Below are positions 23,370-64,000 of a DNA stretch of 64,000 nt, piece by piece; position 1 is the stretch's first letter, and each line of letters begins with the position of its first letter. The notes below the pieces were generated by a model. The model did no database searches and was not told the origin of the DNA. It saw nothing but the letters and a program-made list of their open reading frames with translations. A program made the position numbers and the translations under genes. The DNA lies in assembly GCA_030141605.1 (NCBI GenBank), contig JAQGDQ010000090.1, positions 62,001 to 126,000 on the forward strand, given 5' to 3'. Origin of the DNA: Tubiluchus corallicola. Its lineage: Eukaryota; Animalia; Priapulida.

Positions 23370-23490
23370 ATTTTTCCTTGCGTCCTCACTGTGAAATCGA
23401 CCCCACCTGGCGAATAAAGTCAACTGATTTTTCCTTGCGTCCTCACTGTGAAATGGACCTAACCTGGCGAATGAAGTATTACACAACTGA
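23370..23490. repeat. Two-copy ~58-bp tandem repeat
   Basis: ttttccttgcgtcctcactgtgaaat.gacc..acctggcgaat.aagt occurs twice. Confidence 0.8.
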
Positions 23491-24339
23491 TTTGATAGCA
23501 TCTGTATTTTAGATAGAGGCGGATATTTGCGAAAATATTCTACATGTTTAACAGTACAAAACTTATTTCCTATCGGATGCCTGAAAAATACACAATTAGT
23601 AACGTTAAAAATGTTGAAAATTTTCGCAATCAAGTCACCTATCAATTCAACATTACTTCAAACAAATAAAAATATTTATATATTTATGCTTACACAGTTT
23701 GAAATTGTGTAAAAATACATAGTTTATAATTTGAAAATACTACGATCATTCTCGGGGCGAGGGGCATCACTGGAACAGCTAAGTGCCAGTAAGTGACCAA
23801 GTAGTGTGCTCGGTTAGCGGTTATGAAGTTAAGCAATCCTAGACCCGAAATTAGTTTGTTTAAGTAACCATGATTTAAGATACATAGACACGCTTTTGTT
23901 AGTTCAAAAATAGTTTTTCTAGTTATGAACTTAACAACTGCTTAAACTCATTGGTATGATGTCATATAAGCACTACTTGCTTCACAGTGTATATTGAAAT
24001 TGGCAAGCTTGTTAAAAAGTAAAAAAAAAACATTCAACATCATCATCACTACTACCATGATTATAATCAAAGTGTCATCAGCATCAGCATTATATCATAA
24101 TCGTCGTTATCATCTTCACCAGCTTCATCAACACATCTTCATTATTACCATCAGGACACTTTTCTAGTCCTACAATGCCCATGGAATTTGCGCGAAAAAT
24201 ACTTATACTACACTGTTTACACAGTATACAGTACCCTGAAAAGATGCCAGCCTTTTGTTGAAAAGTTCCAATTTTGATTTTATTGAAATCGCATTTCTTG
24301 AATACATAGGAACTACACTTCACAACGAAATTGCAACTT

Positions 24340-24745
24340 GTGCCTTTTCAACCCGTGACCCATGGGACATAGGTCAACCAATCGCGGCGTTACTTATACC
24401 AATCAATTTGTCTCATTGAGATTTTTCATTTGATATACTACAAGGTACTATTGCTCGACTCTCAATGTATTTCTGTTCCTGAGCCCGATTTTTTGTTTTT
24501 TGACGCCCTACTGGAGTAAGACATCAACCAATCGCGGCGTTACTTATACCAATCAATTTGTCTCATTGAGATCTTTCATTTCATTTACTCCAAGTTAATT
24601 TCGGCTGACAATGGAAGGCATTTAGCTCCTCGGTCGACCCCCATTTTGCCCCTCCTGAGGGCGGAGATCAACCAATCTCTGGGCAATTATTACCATTCAT
24701 TTGACAATGGGCATATAGGTCCCAGAAAACGGATTTTAACCCTCA
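24340..24745. mobile_element. Non-autonomous DNA-transposon-like fragment with internal direct repeats
   Basis: tcaaccaatcgcggcgttacttataccaatcaatttgtctcattgagat.tttcattt at ~24373 and ~24524, with a diverged third copy at ~24667. Confidence 0.5.
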
Positions 24746-25309
24746 AACGTGACTACTGTATTCGTTATCATATCGTAACTATGATTATTTTACGCTGCAT
24801 TTGCGTGAACTGGATAAATGACGCCTAGAGTAAGCATGGTTTCGCACGATTATGCACTATTTGTAAAGCCATTAAATTAACGTGATATTACGCTGCCTGG
24901 GCTGTTATAAAAACATATGCGATACCCTAAGCACCACGTACGCCCATCGATTAGACCATCCGTTTCACCAGAATGAGAAACTGCAAGTTTAATACAATGC
25001 CTAATCAGGAAGCCATTGTACCCCTCCTGAACAATATGACTGCAATAGAAGAAAATTGGCTTTTACAGGTTGCCTGTAGGACGTTCGAATGTGCAAACGA
25101 GTCGGAGGAATAAAAGAGAACAAAATTAATTTTTCTCAATTGTTGCATTCGTTTCGTTTTTTTCTGATTTCACTTGCGGCGGGGCATTTCCCACCCCGTT
25201 CTGGATCCGGTTTCAGCTTGAAGTGGATGATGTTGGTATTGTCCCAAGAGCATAATCAGCTAAGTGCCCCCTATCACAGCACTTCTAGTCAAGTGCAGCG
25301 AGACGAGCG

Positions 25310-25580
25310 AGGCGGTCTGATAATTAGTATCGCAGTGTCATTAGCATCAGTTTCTCTGCATACTGGAGGGTGTATCCATGCAGGGGGCCAGCAGGTCTAA
25401 TAATTAATATCACAGTGTCTTTTTACAATAGCTTTCCTCAATACTGGAGGACGAATCTCAGCAAGAGTCGCTTCAGTTTCGCGACCACCGAGGGCGTGTC
25501 CATGCAGGGGAATGGCAGGGGATCATAGTGTCATTAGCAATAGCTTCCCCGAATACTAGAGAACGTACCCATCTACGGGA
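25310..25580. repeat. Diverged ~80-bp minisatellite (about 3 units)
   Basis: Recurring agtgtcattagca...atactggagg...tccatgcagggg units. Confidence 0.6.
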
Positions 25581-25744
25581 TGACAGCAATTTTTCAACAA
25601 CTTAACACGTCACCTGACAACTATTAATTCTGTTCGAGCCAATCGACAGGTGGTGACTATAAATCAGTTGTTACACACTTTTGGTTTATTTTTCAAGAAA
25701 GCTTTTTTTCAAGTAGTTACAAGTAGTTACTGAGAAAAATGATC

Positions 25745-25890
25745 GCTGCTGTCAAATCTATCGGTTAACTACGTACGGATTTGATGTGACAGCACGCCTG
25801 TGAGTGACAGTTACTAACTTAAAAGTTTCGTATCAGCATGGTTTCACAGTGCAACAAGTTACGGTGCAGTGCGCATGCGCGAGACGCAAG
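25745..25890 (+). promoter_or_regulatory. Putative Dscam promoter: NRF1 palindrome and PBX-MEIS/PREP decamer
   Basis: TGCGCATGCGCG at 25870-25881; TGAGTGACAG at 25801-25810; further TGACA/TGTCA sites; 370-450 bp upstream of the Dscam signal-peptide ATG. Confidence 0.45.
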
Positions 25891-26253
25891 AAGCCAGCGG
25901 ATACCGCATGGAGCTGAATTAGATTTTGTCAAATGCACGTGGCTAGGGTTTCCGATTTTCTCATATAACGATGGAAATTATTTGCAACATTACGCCGCTT
26001 GATTTGCATCTGGAATTTTTATTCTGTTCTGGAAATTGTTGAAGCGTTATAGTGGTAATGTGAGACGAAATTATAGCCAACGCAGCGTTACAATAGCTCA
26101 GTGGTAACCGCGCCAAAGTGCTTTCTAATCATTTGACTGACAGTAATAAAATTAATATTTTTTTAAGCGATAAGTTAACATATAAATAAGTGACACTTTT
26201 ACTTTCAATGTTCAGCACATCTAATTAATGAACGGTGTCAATGCTCAGTAATT

Positions 26254-64000
<37,747 letters not shown>

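Noticed and set aside
23370-25580. CRISPR-like repeat-spacer array
   Set aside because: Only 2-3 diverged copies per unit, no unique regular spacers, eukaryotic context, no cas genes.

Overview
AT-rich, intron-rich animal (invertebrate-like) genomic DNA, not prokaryotic. Four spliced protein-coding genes were reconstructed by hand from GT-AG junctions and reading phase. (1) WWOX exons 2-9 on + (28-6863; exon 1 lies upstream of the window). (2) A 3-exon DUF268-like putative methyltransferase with an N-terminal membrane anchor on - (10897-12603). (3) A 5-exon gene on + (18487-21786) with an unusual architecture: signal peptide, 6-Cys mini-domain, EGF-like domain, single rhodanese domain with intact CRTGRR loop, hydrophobic C-tail. 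This predicts an extracellular or cell-surface sulfurtransferase and is the most novel-looking item. (4) Dscam on + (26254 to beyond the window end; signal peptide, Ig1-9, FN1, start of FN2) with no alternative-exon arrays. Introns contain a solo LTR with a 5-bp TSD, a 5S-rRNA-headed SINE, tRNA-derived SINEs, a Harbinger-like MITE, decayed LINE ends and many microsatellites, including a (CCTAA)n/(TTAGG)n array. Short tandem duplications of exon 3' ends and splice donors recur at four sites. All family assignments come from motif recognition, not database searches.
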